Counted from the first letter of the stretch, positions 1 to 11,900 are shown. The stretch is DNA of 64,000 nucleotides from an uncultured Verrucomicrobiae bacterium (GCA_963726745.1 CAVSDR010000006.1:704001-768000), one strand, 5' to 3'. Made by a program: numbers and translations. Notes: a model not told the origin generated them from the sequence alone.

Positions 1-2
1 AC

Positions 3-722
3 TTTATTTTCGATAATTCCCTCCGCTATGCCGAAAACCACGACGAGGTGCGACTGGCCGCGAAATCGCAGTGGGGCGGACTGGGTCAGGATGTCGGCAA
101 ACCGGTTACCGCGCTGCTTTACAGTTTGGGACGCGGCGCGGTCATGCTCTACAACGGCCAGGAAGTCGGCGAGCCCGGCGCGGGCGTGGAAGGATTTGGC
201 AGGGACGACGCTCGCACGTCGATCTTCGATTACTGGTCGATGCCGGAAATGGTGAAGTGGGTGCGTGGCGGAAAGTTTGACGGCGCCGCGCTCGCGCCGG
301 AGCAGGCCGCGCTGCGCGACTTCTACGCGCGCTTGCTGCAGCTGGTAAACGAGCCGGCCTTTCGCGACGGCGGCTTCTTTCCGCTGAACGCGGCGAATCA
401 TGACAACCCAAAGTTTGGCCGGCTGGAAGGCGAAAGCGCGAGCGGCCACTGGCTCTACGCCTGCCTGCGGTTCGATCCCCTTTCCGGCCAGCGTTTCCTG
501 GTGGTAATTAATCTCCATCCCCACGAAAGCGTGCGCGAGGTCGAGCTGCTCCTGCCCGCAGCGGCCCGGAAATTCCTCGAGCTCCCTGAGAAAACAGCCC
601 TCCGCCTGACGGAGCGGCTCCGTGCTGGCGGCCGCTTCGAAGCCGAGACCGCCGACCACATCTCGCTGCCTGTTTTACCTGCGCTCACCCCTTACTTTTT
701 CGAGCTCGAGGCCATCCCCTAG
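3..722 (+). CDS. alpha-amylase family (GH13) protein, 5'-truncated by the window edge
   Basis: Open frame from base 3: FIFDNSLRYAENHDE (GH13 region IV) ...MLYNGQEVG...RTSIFDYW. Confidence 0.8.
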   Translation, partial: FIFDNSLRYAENHDEVRLAAKSQWGGLGQDVGKPVTALLYSLGRGAVMLYNGQEVGEPGAGVEGFGRDDARTSIFDYWSMPEMVKWVRGGKFDGAALAPEQAALRDFYARLLQLVNEPAFRDGGFFPLNAANHDNPKFGRLEGESASGHWLYACLRFDPLSGQRFLVVINLHPHESVREVELLLPAAARKFLELPEKTALRLTERLRAGGRFEAETADHISLPVLPALTPYFFELEAIP

Positions 723-784
723 TCCGGGAGAAAGAACGCGCCGCCCGCCTTGCAAAGGAGGCGCAGAAAGCGAAAAGAGAAAGC

Positions 785-1573
785 GTGTACGAAGAAAGCG
801 GCATTCTCATCGCGCTGGTTCTTTTCCTCGCACTCCTGCTCTCGATCGAGGTGGGTTATCGCGTGGGCCGGCCGGGCGCGACGGCGGTTAATGACTCCAC
901 ACGCACGCACGTAAACGTGCTCCAGGGATCGCTCCTCGGGATGCTGGCGCTCCTGCTCGGGTTCTCTTTTTCCCTCGCGCTGCAACGTTACGAAAGCCGC
1001 AGCGCGGCCGCGATCGAGGAAGCGAATGCCATTGGCACGGCCTACCTTCGGGTCGATCTTCTACCGCCGGCAATGCAGGCGGAAGTGCGCGGGAAGTTCC
1101 GGACCTACCTCGACCTGCGTTTGCAATCCGGCGCCGTCACCATGGCTAACCCAGCTGAGCGGCGTGCGCTCCTCGCCCGCACGGATCTGGCCTTGCGCGA
1201 CCTCTGGACTTCGGCGCGGCAAGCGGTGGAATTGGACGGGCGCCCGGTGACCGCGGGGCTTTTCGTCCCCGCGGTGAACGCGATGATCGACAGCTATGGA
1301 TCGCGCAACGCCACCCTCGAGCGCCATGTCCCCGCACTGGTCATGTGGCTCCTCTTCAGCACCTTCATCTTCTCCGGCGCCGTCGTCGGTTACGCCGCCG
1401 GGCTGGCGGGCCACCGCGCTTCTTTCGCCACTTACATGATGGTCGCGCTGATCGTGCTGGTTGTTTTCATGATCATCGACCTGGACCGGCCGCGGCGCGG
1501 TTTTATCCGGGTGAATCAGGCCAGCCTGCTCGACTTGCAACAGGCGATCGCGCGCGACGTCCCGGCGCGCTAA
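785..1573 (+). CDS. membrane protein, DUF4239/bestrophin-like
   Basis: Several TM helices; LLGFSFS...EANAIGTAYLR...IIDLDRPRRG pattern. Confidence 0.65.
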   Translation: MYEESGILIALVLFLALLLSIEVGYRVGRPGATAVNDSTRTHVNVLQGSLLGMLALLLGFSFSLALQRYESRSAAAIEEANAIGTAYLRVDLLPPAMQAEVRGKFRTYLDLRLQSGAVTMANPAERRALLARTDLALRDLWTSARQAVELDGRPVTAGLFVPAVNAMIDSYGSRNATLERHVPALVMWLLFSTFIFSGAVVGYAAGLAGHRASFATYMMVALIVLVVFMIIDLDRPRRGFIRVNQASLLDLQQAIARDVPAR

Positions 1574-1581
1574 GCACTCCG

Positions 1582-2472
1582 CTAGTAGGCCGCCTCGGCG
1601 GCGCGGGTCCGTTTCAAAAAGACCTGCGAGAAGGTAAAGAGGATCAAAAAGATCACGACCGACAAGGCCGCAGCCCAGCCGAAGCGATACATATTAAAGG
1701 CCGCCTTGTAGACGTAGGAGACGAGGATGTGCGTGGAATCGGCCGGCTCGCCGCCGTTCGAAACCAGCCAGACGACGTTGATGTTATTAAACGTCCAGAT
1801 CACCCCGAGGGTGATCGCCGGGATCATCACCGGACGCAGCAACGGCACGGTAATATTCCAAAACTGAAACCACTTCGAGGCGCCATCGACATCGGCCGCC
1901 TCGTAAAGATCGTCCGGGATCGATTGCAACCCGCCAAGCGCAATCACCATCATGAAAGGAAAGCCGAGCCAAATGTTAGCCAGGATCACCGCGAGGAAAG
2001 CTTCCGTGGGCGAGGTGAGCCATTGCACCGCCGGCAGGTGGAGATATTTAGTCAGCAGGATGTTCACCGCGCCGTATTCATAGTTAAACATGCTGCGCCA
2101 GGTCAGAGCGGTGATGTATTGCGGCAAGGCCCAGGGCAGGATCAAGGCAATACGCCAGGCGCCTTTTCCGCGGATGAACTTCTGGTGCAGGACAACCGCA
2201 AGAAGCACGCCGATGCTCACGTGGAAGACGATATTTACTGCCGTCCAGATGACCGTCTTAAGTAGAATAGCCCAAAACAACTGCTGCTGAAAAACCGAGG
2301 CATACTGCGCGAAGCCGATCAGCCGCCAGTCGCGGATGTGATAGATGTTCGCGTTTGAAAACGAGAGAATGACGTTGAAAGCGAAGGGAAAAGCGACCAC
2401 GGCCAAAACGACGAGCAGGGCCGGCGCGAGCAGAAAGCCAAGGAAAAGTCGGATCTTGGTCTTTTCGTTCAC
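1582..2472 (-). CDS. sugar (maltodextrin) ABC transporter permease
   Basis: TM helices plus EAA loop LQSIPDDLYEAADVDGAS. Confidence 0.9.
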   Translation of the reverse strand: MNEKTKIRLFLGFLLAPALLVVLAVVAFPFAFNVILSFSNANIYHIRDWRLIGFAQYASVFQQQLFWAILLKTVIWTAVNIVFHVSIGVLLAVVLHQKFIRGKGAWRIALILPWALPQYITALTWRSMFNYEYGAVNILLTKYLHLPAVQWLTSPTEAFLAVILANIWLGFPFMMVIALGGLQSIPDDLYEAADVDGASKWFQFWNITVPLLRPVMIPAITLGVIWTFNNINVVWLVSNGGEPADSTHILVSYVYKAAFNMYRFGWAAALSVVIFLILFTFSQVFLKRTRAAEAAY

Positions 2473-2475
2473 AAG

Positions 2476-3708
2476 CTAAAGATTGCTGTCGGCAATGTTC
2501 TTCTCCGCCTCGCGCTGCATCCGGCGCGCAGCTTCCTCTGCGGTGATCGCGCCGTTCATGACCAATTGATAGGGCCCGCGCATGCCTTCCCAGATCTGCC
2601 GCATCTGCGGCAGGATTGGCATTGGCCGGCCATGCGCGATCTGCTCCATGGAAGCGAGGAGCGCGGGATGGTTTTGCATCACCGGGGAAGCGAGCACCGC
2701 GCGATCGGTCGGCGTGGTCGAAAGCTGCTCCGCCATCTCCGTCTGCACCGCGGCGCTCGTGAGGTAGTCGACTAATTCACGAATCGCCGGCAATTTGCCA
2801 GCCGCGGCGGTAGTGCTTACCGAGTAACCCTTCGCGGAAATCATCGGCTCGCAATATAAGCCCGTGGTTTCGTTTCGCGGAAGCGGCGCGATCATAGATT
2901 CATCCGGGATGTGGTAGCCGCCCCAGGACCAGGGGCCGTTGATGATCATGGCCGTGCGCTTCTCCTTGAAGAGCATGTCGGCGATTTCGTAATCCCCTTC
3001 CTTCGGGATGATTTGATACTTGTCGCGCAGGTCGAGCACGAACTGGATCGCGCGCACCGTTTCGGGGGTGTCGAGTGTGGGATGGCCCTCAGCATCCATG
3101 ACCCAGCCGCCAAAGCCGGTGAGAAAGGGAATGAAGAAGAAGGGCTCGCGATAGTTCCAGGTCAGCCCGTATTGGTCGACCTTGCCGTCGCCATCGAGAT
3201 CTTTCGTTAAGCTCTGCCCGAGCGCGACCATTTCCGCGAGCGTCTCCGGTGGCTTTGGCACCAGGGTCTTGTTGTAGACCATGGTCAGGTGATTCCCAAT
3301 TTGGTCCGCCACCAGCCAGCGCTTTCCCTTCCAGCCGACCACTCCCTGCGGGGCAAAGCGGGCAAAGAATTCCTCGGGGAAAACATCCTCGAGCGGCCGA
3401 ATGGTATCCGTGGTCACAAGCACGCCGACATTATCGGCTGGCCCGTAAATTAATTCCGGTCCCTGCCCCGCGACCGCGGCGATGACAAACAGATTCCGCA
3501 GTTCTTCGTTTTCCTTATAGAGCGTTTCGACCACCACCTCGGGATGGGCCGCATTGAAGCGCTTGATTTGCTCGTGAAAAAGGTCGCGCTCCGCGCTGAT
3601 CTTTTGGTGCCAGATGCGGAGGTGCGTCCGCTGGTCCGGCGCCTGGTCGCAAGCCCCGAGCGTGACCGCAAGCAGGAGCCCGGCAAGAAGTCCACGCAGG
3701 AGGCGCAC
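2476..3708 (-). CDS. sugar ABC transporter substrate-binding lipoprotein (MalE-like)
   Basis: Likely GTG start at 3708; lipobox LGAC; YNK..VPKPPET, INGPWS, PMPILPQM motifs. Confidence 0.85.
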   Translation of the reverse strand: MRLLRGLLAGLLLAVTLGACDQAPDQRTHLRIWHQKISAERDLFHEQIKRFNAAHPEVVVETLYKENEELRNLFVIAAVAGQGPELIYGPADNVGVLVTTDTIRPLEDVFPEEFFARFAPQGVVGWKGKRWLVADQIGNHLTMVYNKTLVPKPPETLAEMVALGQSLTKDLDGDGKVDQYGLTWNYREPFFFIPFLTGFGGWVMDAEGHPTLDTPETVRAIQFVLDLRDKYQIIPKEGDYEIADMLFKEKRTAMIINGPWSWGGYHIPDESMIAPLPRNETTGLYCEPMISAKGYSVSTTAAAGKLPAIRELVDYLTSAAVQTEMAEQLSTTPTDRAVLASPVMQNHPALLASMEQIAHGRPMPILPQMRQIWEGMRGPYQLVMNGAITAEEAARRMQREAEKNIADSNL

Positions 3709-3712
3709 GGCG

Positions 3713-5545
3713 TTAGTTGTAGCTAAAGACCACGCCGGTGAGCGGCGGCAAGGTAAGCTCCGCGCCGTCCGTCGTCTCCTTCGGCTCCATCGCCTCCGCT
3801 TCCTTGCTCGTCGCAAAAACTGCCTTCAACTTCTTCGCTGCGACATGGAGCGGGATCGTCGCGGGCTGCCCGCCGCGATTTAATGCCACCACGAGCGACT
3901 GCTTCGGCGTGCGTCGGGTGAAGACCATCGAGCGCTGGAGGTCATCGGTGGAAAGCACCGCATACTCGCCATGGTTCAGCGCGTCGCTGCTTTTGCGCAG
4001 GGCAATCGCGCGCTTGTAAAAGTCGAAGAGCTCCTGGTCGAATTCCACCTTGTCCGGCTCGTGCGCGGTCCCGCGGGGATCGATCACCTGCGGGTCGTAG
4101 GTCATGTCCGGCCAGACCATCGGCATCCGCTCGTCCGGATCATGCCCGCCCCACATGCCCGCTTCGTCGCCGTAGTAGATCATCGGTGCGCCCACATAAG
4201 TCATCTGGAAGAGGACGATCATCCGCTGGAGAGCGCGATCGGTCTCCGAAGGCTTCCGGATGCTGTAAGACTTCGAGGCACGGGCATCGTTATTATTGTT
4301 GTATTCGATTTGATCTTCGCCCGAGTAGTTCGCCAGGTCGCGGTTCACGATCATCGAGGCCAGGCGGTCGGTATCGTGCGAGTCCATCAGGTTCTGCATC
4401 ACCGCGGAAACACCGGGCGGAAACTGCCGGCGGCGTTCATCGAGAATCTTTGCGAACTTCGAGGGCGCGACCTTGTCGTCGATCAGGAAACCTTTCACCG
4501 GGATGGCGAAGGCATTGTAATTCATGCAGGCGGAGAACTCTCCCTTCGTCACCAGCTCGACGGCGTTCTTCCAAATTTCCGCCGAGGTATAGGCCTGCGG
4601 GTTTAACTGCCGGACAAGGCGATTCCAATCCGCCCAGAACTTTGCCGGGCGCTCATCGGCCACGTCCAAACGCCAGCCGTCGATCCCGTCCTCCATCTTG
4701 CCGTTAGGTCGCATCCAGCGCCTGGTCGCCTCGAAGATGTAAGCCTTCGGGCCGGCAGCGACGTCCTGATTATCCTTGGTCGCGGCAAAGACCGGGAGCG
4801 AGGCATGGCCCCACCAGCCTTTATAGGAAAATTCATTTCGCTTGGTTTTCGGGTCATCGAAACTGCTGACCACATACCAATCCTTGTAGGGCGAATTTTG
4901 TTGCTGCGTGCGCAGGTTCTGGAAGGCAAAGAAGTCGCGCCCGGTGTGATTGAAGACGCCGTCTAAAATCACGCGCATCCCGCGCGCATGGCATTTCTTT
5001 ACCAGCTCGAGGAAGAGCTTGTCGGCCGCGGTCCATTGCCAGGTCTTTGGATCGCTCGTCTCCTTGGCCATGAGCGCGAAGTCCCCCTTGGGGTCCGGTC
5101 CAAAGTAAGGATCGATGTGATGGTAGGAACTCCCGTCATACTTGTGCAGGGAGCGCGCGTAGAACACCGGATTAAAATAAATCGTGTTCACCCCCAGCTC
5201 GGCGAGGTAATCGAGTTTGTCGATGACCCCCTGGAGATCGCCGCCGTAACGCCGCTCGAAGACCCCGTGGCGGTAGAAGTCGTCGCCTAAATTTTTCTCC
5301 CACTCATCTCGCGCATACCAGTCAGCGGTCCACGGAGAGATCTTCCAGTCCGTCCCGGCGGCTGGCGGAGTCTCCAGGGAATCACGTGTCGGATCGTTCT
5401 TCGGATCACCGTTTCGGAAGCGTTCTGGAAAAAGCTGGTAGAAGATTGCTTCTGCCGCCCAGGCGGGCGTCGGCTCTTTCTGAGCCAGCGCTGACGACCA
5501 CAGAAAGGCGCCGAGTAAAATTGCGAAAGTCGTGGGTCGAAGCAT
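3713..5545 (-). CDS. secreted GH13 neopullulanase/cyclomaltodextrinase-like glycosidase
   Basis: Signal peptide; YQLFPERFRNGD, YGGDLQG, LDGVFNH, DGWRLDVA, DSHD, IYYGDE. Confidence 0.9.
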   Translation of the reverse strand: MLRPTTFAILLGAFLWSSALAQKEPTPAWAAEAIFYQLFPERFRNGDPKNDPTRDSLETPPAAGTDWKISPWTADWYARDEWEKNLGDDFYRHGVFERRYGGDLQGVIDKLDYLAELGVNTIYFNPVFYARSLHKYDGSSYHHIDPYFGPDPKGDFALMAKETSDPKTWQWTAADKLFLELVKKCHARGMRVILDGVFNHTGRDFFAFQNLRTQQQNSPYKDWYVVSSFDDPKTKRNEFSYKGWWGHASLPVFAATKDNQDVAAGPKAYIFEATRRWMRPNGKMEDGIDGWRLDVADERPAKFWADWNRLVRQLNPQAYTSAEIWKNAVELVTKGEFSACMNYNAFAIPVKGFLIDDKVAPSKFAKILDERRRQFPPGVSAVMQNLMDSHDTDRLASMIVNRDLANYSGEDQIEYNNNNDARASKSYSIRKPSETDRALQRMIVLFQMTYVGAPMIYYGDEAGMWGGHDPDERMPMVWPDMTYDPQVIDPRGTAHEPDKVEFDQELFDFYKRAIALRKSSDALNHGEYAVLSTDDLQRSMVFTRRTPKQSLVVALNRGGQPATIPLHVAAKKLKAVFATSKEAEAMEPKETTDGAELTLPPLTGVVFSYN

Positions 5546-5602
5546 AGGATGGAGGGCCGCCACTTTGCGGATTCAGCCCCGGCGAAGCAACGCTTTTTCC
5601 GC

Positions 5603-8600
5603 TTAGGGCACGAGCTTTACACGGAAAAATGCCGGGCCCGCAGAGACTGTGGACGTGAGCGTGGGACCGCTCGCGGTAATGACTGGACCGATGCTGGTGA
5701 AGGTGCCCTTCAAGCTCGCCGCGCCCTCGACCTGGTATTTCCGCCCACTCACGCTACTCCAGCTAATCACCAATCCGCCGCCGCCGCGCGTGACCTCGGT
5801 GATGCGGAAGACCGAGGTGGGATCGAACGGATTTGTTCCGGCCGCGTCCTCCTCTGCATTCGTCCGGCCGTCGCCATCCTCGTCGCCCTCGGCCGAGAGC
5901 ACCGTGATCGAAGAATTCGCGCTCGTGGGTCCCGCCGGCGTGCTCGCGCTCAAGTTGTCATTGGGGTTCACCGCCTGCACATAGACGCTCAGGTTTGTGC
6001 CCGGATTTATTGCAAAAGTATGGCTGGTCAAGGTGGTGTAAAAGAACGCCGCCGGTCCGTGGTTTAGGCTGTAGGTCACCTTGTAGATCGGCTGAATGCC
6101 TTCCGCATCCGGCGGCACGGCCGCCCAGCTAACGAATGCCCCATTCCCGATGGTGTAGAAGTAGACGTTGTTCGGTAGCGGCTGCCCCGGGGCCGCTGTC
6201 GGCACGGTGACGTCGTAAAGCTTGAGGTATTGCGCCTCATAGGGATTCGTTCCCCACCCCGCATCCATAGACGGCACTTTGTTTAGGCCAACAAAAAGGC
6301 CATTCGCGAGCAATTGCGTGCCGCTCCGGCGATTCAGGAAGAGATTGCGCCGCCCGGGATCGCTCCCGAGGTAAGCGGCCAGGTTCTTGAAGTCGTAAGT
6401 CCGCCCGGCTTTGATCCCGTAATCATTCTGCCCGTTGCCATCGACATCCTGGTTCAAGTCGAAGCTTCCCTGCTGGTCGTTATTCCGGTCGAGGTTCACG
6501 AAACCGAAGACCACATCCCGGCTCGCGGGGGAACCATTCAAGGTCTCATACTTCGCGATCGAGAAGATCTTCTGCTGGATGCTGCCGCCGATCTGGTTGA
6601 GATAGTAACGATTCGAACTCCGCAACGCCGGGCTGAATTGCCGCGCCTGGGTGATGGCTCCGTAGACCGGGTAAAGCTGCTGCAGGCCAAAGGTTTGGTT
6701 GCCCATGATCGGGCCCAGATCGTTGAAGACCTTAAAGTTCGGAATGTACTTCCCGAAGTTTACCTCGTACTGACTAAAGCCAAAGGTGCGCGAGACGCCG
6801 TTCTCCTGCCCGTAAAAGATCAAGGGCGCACCGTCGACCGTGTTGCTCACTCCGTAGCGAACTAAAGCTTCGAAAGGATCATCGTAGTTTTCTTCGTCGT
6901 GCGAGGTGCTGTTGAGCAACACCAGACCCTGGCCGTAGGCGTTGCGGCGCTCGTCGAAGATTCCGCGGTAGTCGCTCGTCTGCGTGGCCGCCTTGAAGGG
7001 GAAAACAATGTTCTCGTTCAAAATGTCGAAGTGGCGGTTTGAGCGATAAGTCACGGCGCCGCCGTCGAGCGATTCCGTCATGAAAACGAAATTCCACTTA
7101 TGGCTGCGGGCGACGTTGATAATATACTCCCAACACTGCGGCGGCAGGCCCTGACCAAAGTCCGCGCGGAGGGCATCGATCCCTTTGCGGTCGAGCGTGC
7201 GCCGGGTGGCGGGATCGCCATCGGCCGGAGTGCTGTTCACGCCCGAATGGCCGGTCTGCGTGAGCCAATAGGGAATGTAGGCCGCGAAATAGCGCCAAAC
7301 ATTGCGGGTGATGTTTTGGTTTAAGCCGCTGCTGGTGAAGTCCGTACTGGTCCACTGCGGGTCGGTATAGTTAAAGACGTCGCCCTCGTTCTGGTAGTTG
7401 CCGTTGTCGGCGTTGTTCTGGCAAACCAACGCCGAGTATTGCCCATAGAAAACGTCGAAGGTGTCGCCAAATTTCCCGAAGTCGTTCCGGTCGGGCGCGG
7501 GCGCGATGTTCATGCTGCTGGAGGCGCGCAGGCAGTAGTTATTGTTTGAGAAGTTGAAGATGTCGCCGCGGGAATAGAAGCGGGCTTCAGCATTCCGGAT
7601 TTGATCGGTGGGGCTGGCGCCAGGTTTGAGGAGTGTGGTCCCGAGCTGCGCCAATTCCGCGTCGTAGGAAGTGTGGTTATACGGTGCATCCAGCATGATG
7701 CCGACCTGCTCGCTGTCGGCATCGGCCACGAACCCCTGGAACTCACTCATCGCTCCAGGCCGGGTATTGTCGCGCCCCATGAGTTCCATCACCTGGAAGA
7801 AATTCTTGACCGCATACGGGCTGCCGACGGTGAAAGGCTGTCCGGTATTCGGATCGATTTGCCTTCCATCGATGCCATTGGGATGGATCGGCTGAAACCA
7901 AAGGTAGTTTGCCCCCAGGTTCTTCAGGTAGGTTAAGTTGAAGCGTTTCGCCGGATCATGCAGATCGGCAAAGGTGCTCCGCTGGCTCATCTGGTTGCCG
8001 GTGGCGTCGATCGTGAGCGTGTTTAACTCATAGAGGCTGATATCGCGCGCCTCTTTCGGCGAAACCACGATCGCGTGATCGCGCCGTCCCGCATCGGTGT
8101 AGTAATTCCAGGTGCCGCTGCCGTTCAGCCGATAGCGCGCGGTCAAGCGATAGGCGCCGGTCTTTTGCGCGGGCAAAGTGACGGCAAATTGTTCGCCGCT
8201 CCCGGCCATCGCATAAGCCTTGTAATAGTGCGCGTCGTCCGTGCCGACGACGTTGCCATTCGGCGGCTGGATGCCTTCCTCGGTCGCCAGGCCATTCGCG
8301 TCGGTGTAAGCCAGGGTGGCGAAGTCGCGCCGATTCAAGTTGGTAAATACCTGCACCGTAGCCGGGTCGACGTTCGCCACGTTCGGGTTGAAGACCACCG
8401 TCAGCGGAATGGAGTCGCCGACGATCTCGTCCACAAAAAGATGACTGGTGGTGTAGTTCGCATTCACCCCGCTTACCGTCAGGGTGGGATTCATCTGGAA
8501 GGTAAATGCGTTTGTCGCGGCGACCGACTGCGTCGCGGTGACATTGCTCGTGCTGTTGGTGCCGTAGACGAAGGTATTCGCGTGGTCGCTGTAGTTAATT

Positions 8601-8977
8601 TGCAGGTAATACTGGATGACGCCATTGGCAGAAGGCGGCGCCGCGAAGCTCGCGCGCCAGAACTTATCGTTCCCATTCTGGGTGGCGAAGCTTAGCGCGA
8701 CCGATTGCCATGCTCCCGAAGCGGACTTGTAGAAAAGAGCGCCGCCGGTTTGGTTCCCAGGGTTGCCACTACCCTGGTATTGGTTGCCGTTGTAAATTGT
8801 CACCGTGGTCCCCGTATCCATCCCGGATAAGGGCGAGCGCATGTTGCCGCCTATATTCGGGACGGCATTCGCAGGCACATGCCAGGCATTGCCCAGGCCT
8901 TGGGCCGCCGCGAACTGCACGCCGGCCCAGCCAAAGAGGATAACGAAAAGGATCTTGGACAATCGATTCATAGACAA
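5603..8977 (-). CDS. large secreted GH13-like alpha-glucanase with C-terminal Asp-rich/anchor-like domain
   Basis: Signal peptide; GSPYAVKNF, DAPYNH, GIDALRADF, MTES, TSHDE; C-terminal DEDGDG..EE..AGTNP...FFRVKL. Confidence 0.75.
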   Translation of the reverse strand: MSMNRLSKILFVILFGWAGVQFAAAQGLGNAWHVPANAVPNIGGNMRSPLSGMDTGTTVTIYNGNQYQGSGNPGNQTGGALFYKSASGAWQSVALSFATQNGNDKFWRASFAAPPSANGVIQYYLQINYSDHANTFVYGTNSTSNVTATQSVAATNAFTFQMNPTLTVSGVNANYTTSHLFVDEIVGDSIPLTVVFNPNVANVDPATVQVFTNLNRRDFATLAYTDANGLATEEGIQPPNGNVVGTDDAHYYKAYAMAGSGEQFAVTLPAQKTGAYRLTARYRLNGSGTWNYYTDAGRRDHAIVVSPKEARDISLYELNTLTIDATGNQMSQRSTFADLHDPAKRFNLTYLKNLGANYLWFQPIHPNGIDGRQIDPNTGQPFTVGSPYAVKNFFQVMELMGRDNTRPGAMSEFQGFVADADSEQVGIMLDAPYNHTSYDAELAQLGTTLLKPGASPTDQIRNAEARFYSRGDIFNFSNNNYCLRASSSMNIAPAPDRNDFGKFGDTFDVFYGQYSALVCQNNADNGNYQNEGDVFNYTDPQWTSTDFTSSGLNQNITRNVWRYFAAYIPYWLTQTGHSGVNSTPADGDPATRRTLDRKGIDALRADFGQGLPPQCWEYIINVARSHKWNFVFMTESLDGGAVTYRSNRHFDILNENIVFPFKAATQTSDYRGIFDERRNAYGQGLVLLNSTSHDEENYDDPFEALVRYGVSNTVDGAPLIFYGQENGVSRTFGFSQYEVNFGKYIPNFKVFNDLGPIMGNQTFGLQQLYPVYGAITQARQFSPALRSSNRYYLNQIGGSIQQKIFSIAKYETLNGSPASRDVVFGFVNLDRNNDQQGSFDLNQDVDGNGQNDYGIKAGRTYDFKNLAAYLGSDPGRRNLFLNRRSGTQLLANGLFVGLNKVPSMDAGWGTNPYEAQYLKLYDVTVPTAAPGQPLPNNVYFYTIGNGAFVSWAAVPPDAEGIQPIYKVTYSLNHGPAAFFYTTLTSHTFAINPGTNLSVYVQAVNPNDNLSASTPAGPTSANSSITVLSAEGDEDGDGRTNAEEDAAGTNPFDPTSVFRITEVTRGGGGLVISWSSVSGRKYQVEGAASLKGTFTSIGPVITASGPTLTSTVSAGPAFFRVKLVP

Positions 8978-8979
8978 AG

Positions 8980-11900
8980 TTAAGGAGCGAGACTGACGTC
9001 GAGTTTATAGAAGCGGCGCTGCGCCACGGTGGGAGGCGAACCGGTGCCGGAACCATCATCTAGGTATTCCGTGGCGGTGCCGCTGCCAGCGATGTCGCCG
9101 CCAGCCTGCTGCCACGGACCGGTAGGACTGGCAGAGTAGAGAATGCGGTAGATGCGATCGCGCACCGTGCCGAACTGCAACCGCATCGCACTCGGCGAAT
9201 TGCGGGAAATAATCAATCCGAAGCTCGCGCGGTCCGCAACCGCGGGGTTGGTGCCCAGAATGTATTCCTCGTAGTTAGTCAGGCCGTCCTGGTCGAGGTC
9301 GCCACCGGCCCCGTTCGCCCCGGCGGGATCATTGGGATTCAGGCCATATTTGGTTTCGAACCAATCCGGCAAGCCGTCGCCATCGCTATCGTAGGTCAGT
9401 GCGTTACCGGTCTCGAAACCAAGCTGGAAGTTCATGCCGCCGGTGCCTTGCAATTCCACCTGCTGAGTCTGCGCCTGGTTCCGCATGGAGACGGTATCGA
9501 GAACGTTTGGGTCCTGGTCGGAAGCGGCCGCGTTGTAGTTTGCGCCGCTCAGTCCCGCGCCGCCGTAGCGCAGGTAAGCCCGGACAGTGCGTTCATTATT
9601 CGAGTTAAAAAGATTCACTTCCTGCGCACCGTTAACGACCAGTGGGCTTAGGTGGCTCTGGCCATATTTGAGCAGGTCGAGTAAGTCTGGCGATAGGCCG
9701 AAGCGAATGAACAGATTGCTCACGCCGGTGGTGATGTAACTCGCCGAAAGCGCGCTCTTATTCGCTGGCAAAGTGATCGACTTGGCGATTTTCCCATCGC
9801 TGCTGGTAAACTTCCACCCGTTTGCAACCGGGGCGACCGTGTAAAGACTGTTCACGTAAGCTGAGGAGCCGGTGCTGCCGGTCTGCGCATACCAATCCTT
9901 AAAGCCGGAGGTGCGGAAGGCATTTACCGCCGTGCCGGCAAAATTAGTCGCGCCTTCTTCCTCGCCTTCGACTCCCGCGTAGCTCGTCATGTTGCCGACT
10001 ACCTGGACGACGACGCCGGTATCGAGGTCGCGCAGCCAGGCTCCGGTCATGCGGCCGCCCAGGCGTTCGAACAAAGCCAATAACCTGTCGTTGTAGATTA
10101 GGTATTCATCCTCGCCGTCGAGGTCGACATCCGCCTGCTCGGTTACGCTCCGGCCGGCATAACTATTCTGGCCGGCCGCGGTCGCCCAGCTACTCACGCG
10201 TGCATAGATCGCCGCCATGCGGGTCTGCGCCTGCGCGGTTTTCGAGAAGCCGGCCAAGGCCTGGAAGCTGGTATCGGGACTGATGTACGCCCCGGTGCTG
10301 AACTTGTTCAAGTTCGCCGCGGGTTGGAGATGGAAGCCAGTCTCGAAGCCGGCTGCGTGCAGCACAGAACGACCCAAAGCCAGCAGCCCGCTCTGCGCCG
10401 GCGCGGCGGTGATCCCACTGACTGCCTGCCAGGCACCCGCCAGAATTCCGGTTCCGCCTAACGAGCCGTAAGCCGTCGGCAGGGCCACGCCGGCGCGCAG
10501 GTCGAACTTTTTCGCGCTCAGGCTCTCCTCGTAGGGCGAGCCGAAGTACCAGTTATCATAGTTTTCCTCGGTGGCGTAATCGACAAAGTCCTTGGCTACG
10601 AGCGGCAGGCTCGGGGAACCACGATTCACGGTGCCCCAGACGCCGGTGCTGCCGCCGTTGTAAGGCACCTGGTTCGACGCAATTTGATCCGGCGTGACCA
10701 GCTGAATCCAAGGGCGCGAAGCAAGCCAGCGGATGTTCTTGTCGTAGGCATCGGCGTTGGCCGCGACCGCGAAGTCCTCCCATTGATTCAGAAAAGTGAT
10801 CACCTGATCCTGCTGGCTATCGCGCGCCTTGCGGCTGAGTAACTGCCGCAGCAGGACGGGCGCGCCATTGTCGTCATTGACAAAAAGCTGGCTGCTGACG
10901 CCATCATTGATCACGAACGCCTTGGTATTGCCGATCTGGTTAACCCGGTAGCCATCGCTCCCGAGAGCCGAGCTCCGGCCAAACCACTTAAAGACATGGC
11001 GCATCTGGTCGACGAAAGTGTAGCCAAAGCCGGCGCCGCTGACCTTTTGCAAGACATCGGAACTGGAGACGCGCTCGGGCGTCCAGAGGACACTTCCGGA
11101 AGGGGCGCGCCCGTAGATGCTGCTGAGGAAATTCCCTGCGAGGGCAATGTTGTCGACGTTATAATGCGTGGAGAAGTAAGGCAGGATGTGATCGGAGAAG
11201 GTCGAGCCTAACAAGTCGACCGTGCCCGCAGCTGCGAGACTGCCGATGCGGGCGTTTAAGGCGGGGCCGTCGCGGAAAGGCCGGGGCGAAGCTGCGGCGG
11301 TCTTAGCCCACTGGATCGCGGACGCCAGCGTCGGCGTAACGTGCAAGGCCAGCGGCGTGCTGAAAGCTTCGTGCGCATCGAGTGGCCGATAGTAACCCGC
11401 CCCGGAGCCATTGCTGATCAAGTTCTGGGTTACCGACCCCGGCTGGATCGCCTGGTTGCCATGAATAATAGACATCACTTTGACGCGCTTTCCGCGGTCG
11501 TTATCCGCCTGAAGGCCGACCCAGGAGCTAAGGACGCTATTGGCACCGGTGATGTTCGCCTGGTCTTGGTAATAATCGGACGCGATCCAATCATTCCGGA
11601 TGGAATCGCGGATGTCGGAACGGCCGCCAATATCGCCGCCGCCGGCGGGGCTGTTCTGCGTGCCATCCTTGGTGGTGAAAACCTGGTAGATCAGGCGGCT
11701 GGCATCATTCCCATCCCAGCCGGCATCTTTCAAAGCCTGCCGGCTAATCGAAAACTCCACCGCGTCGAGGGTGGAATCGTAATAAGCTTTCTTGAAACCA
11801 TTCGTCGCGCTCTGGTCGCGCACGGTTACGCCATTGGCGAAGAGATCCTGGCCGATGCCGGTGGTGTGGGTGGGCGAGTTCTTGTCCCAAAGGTAGACTC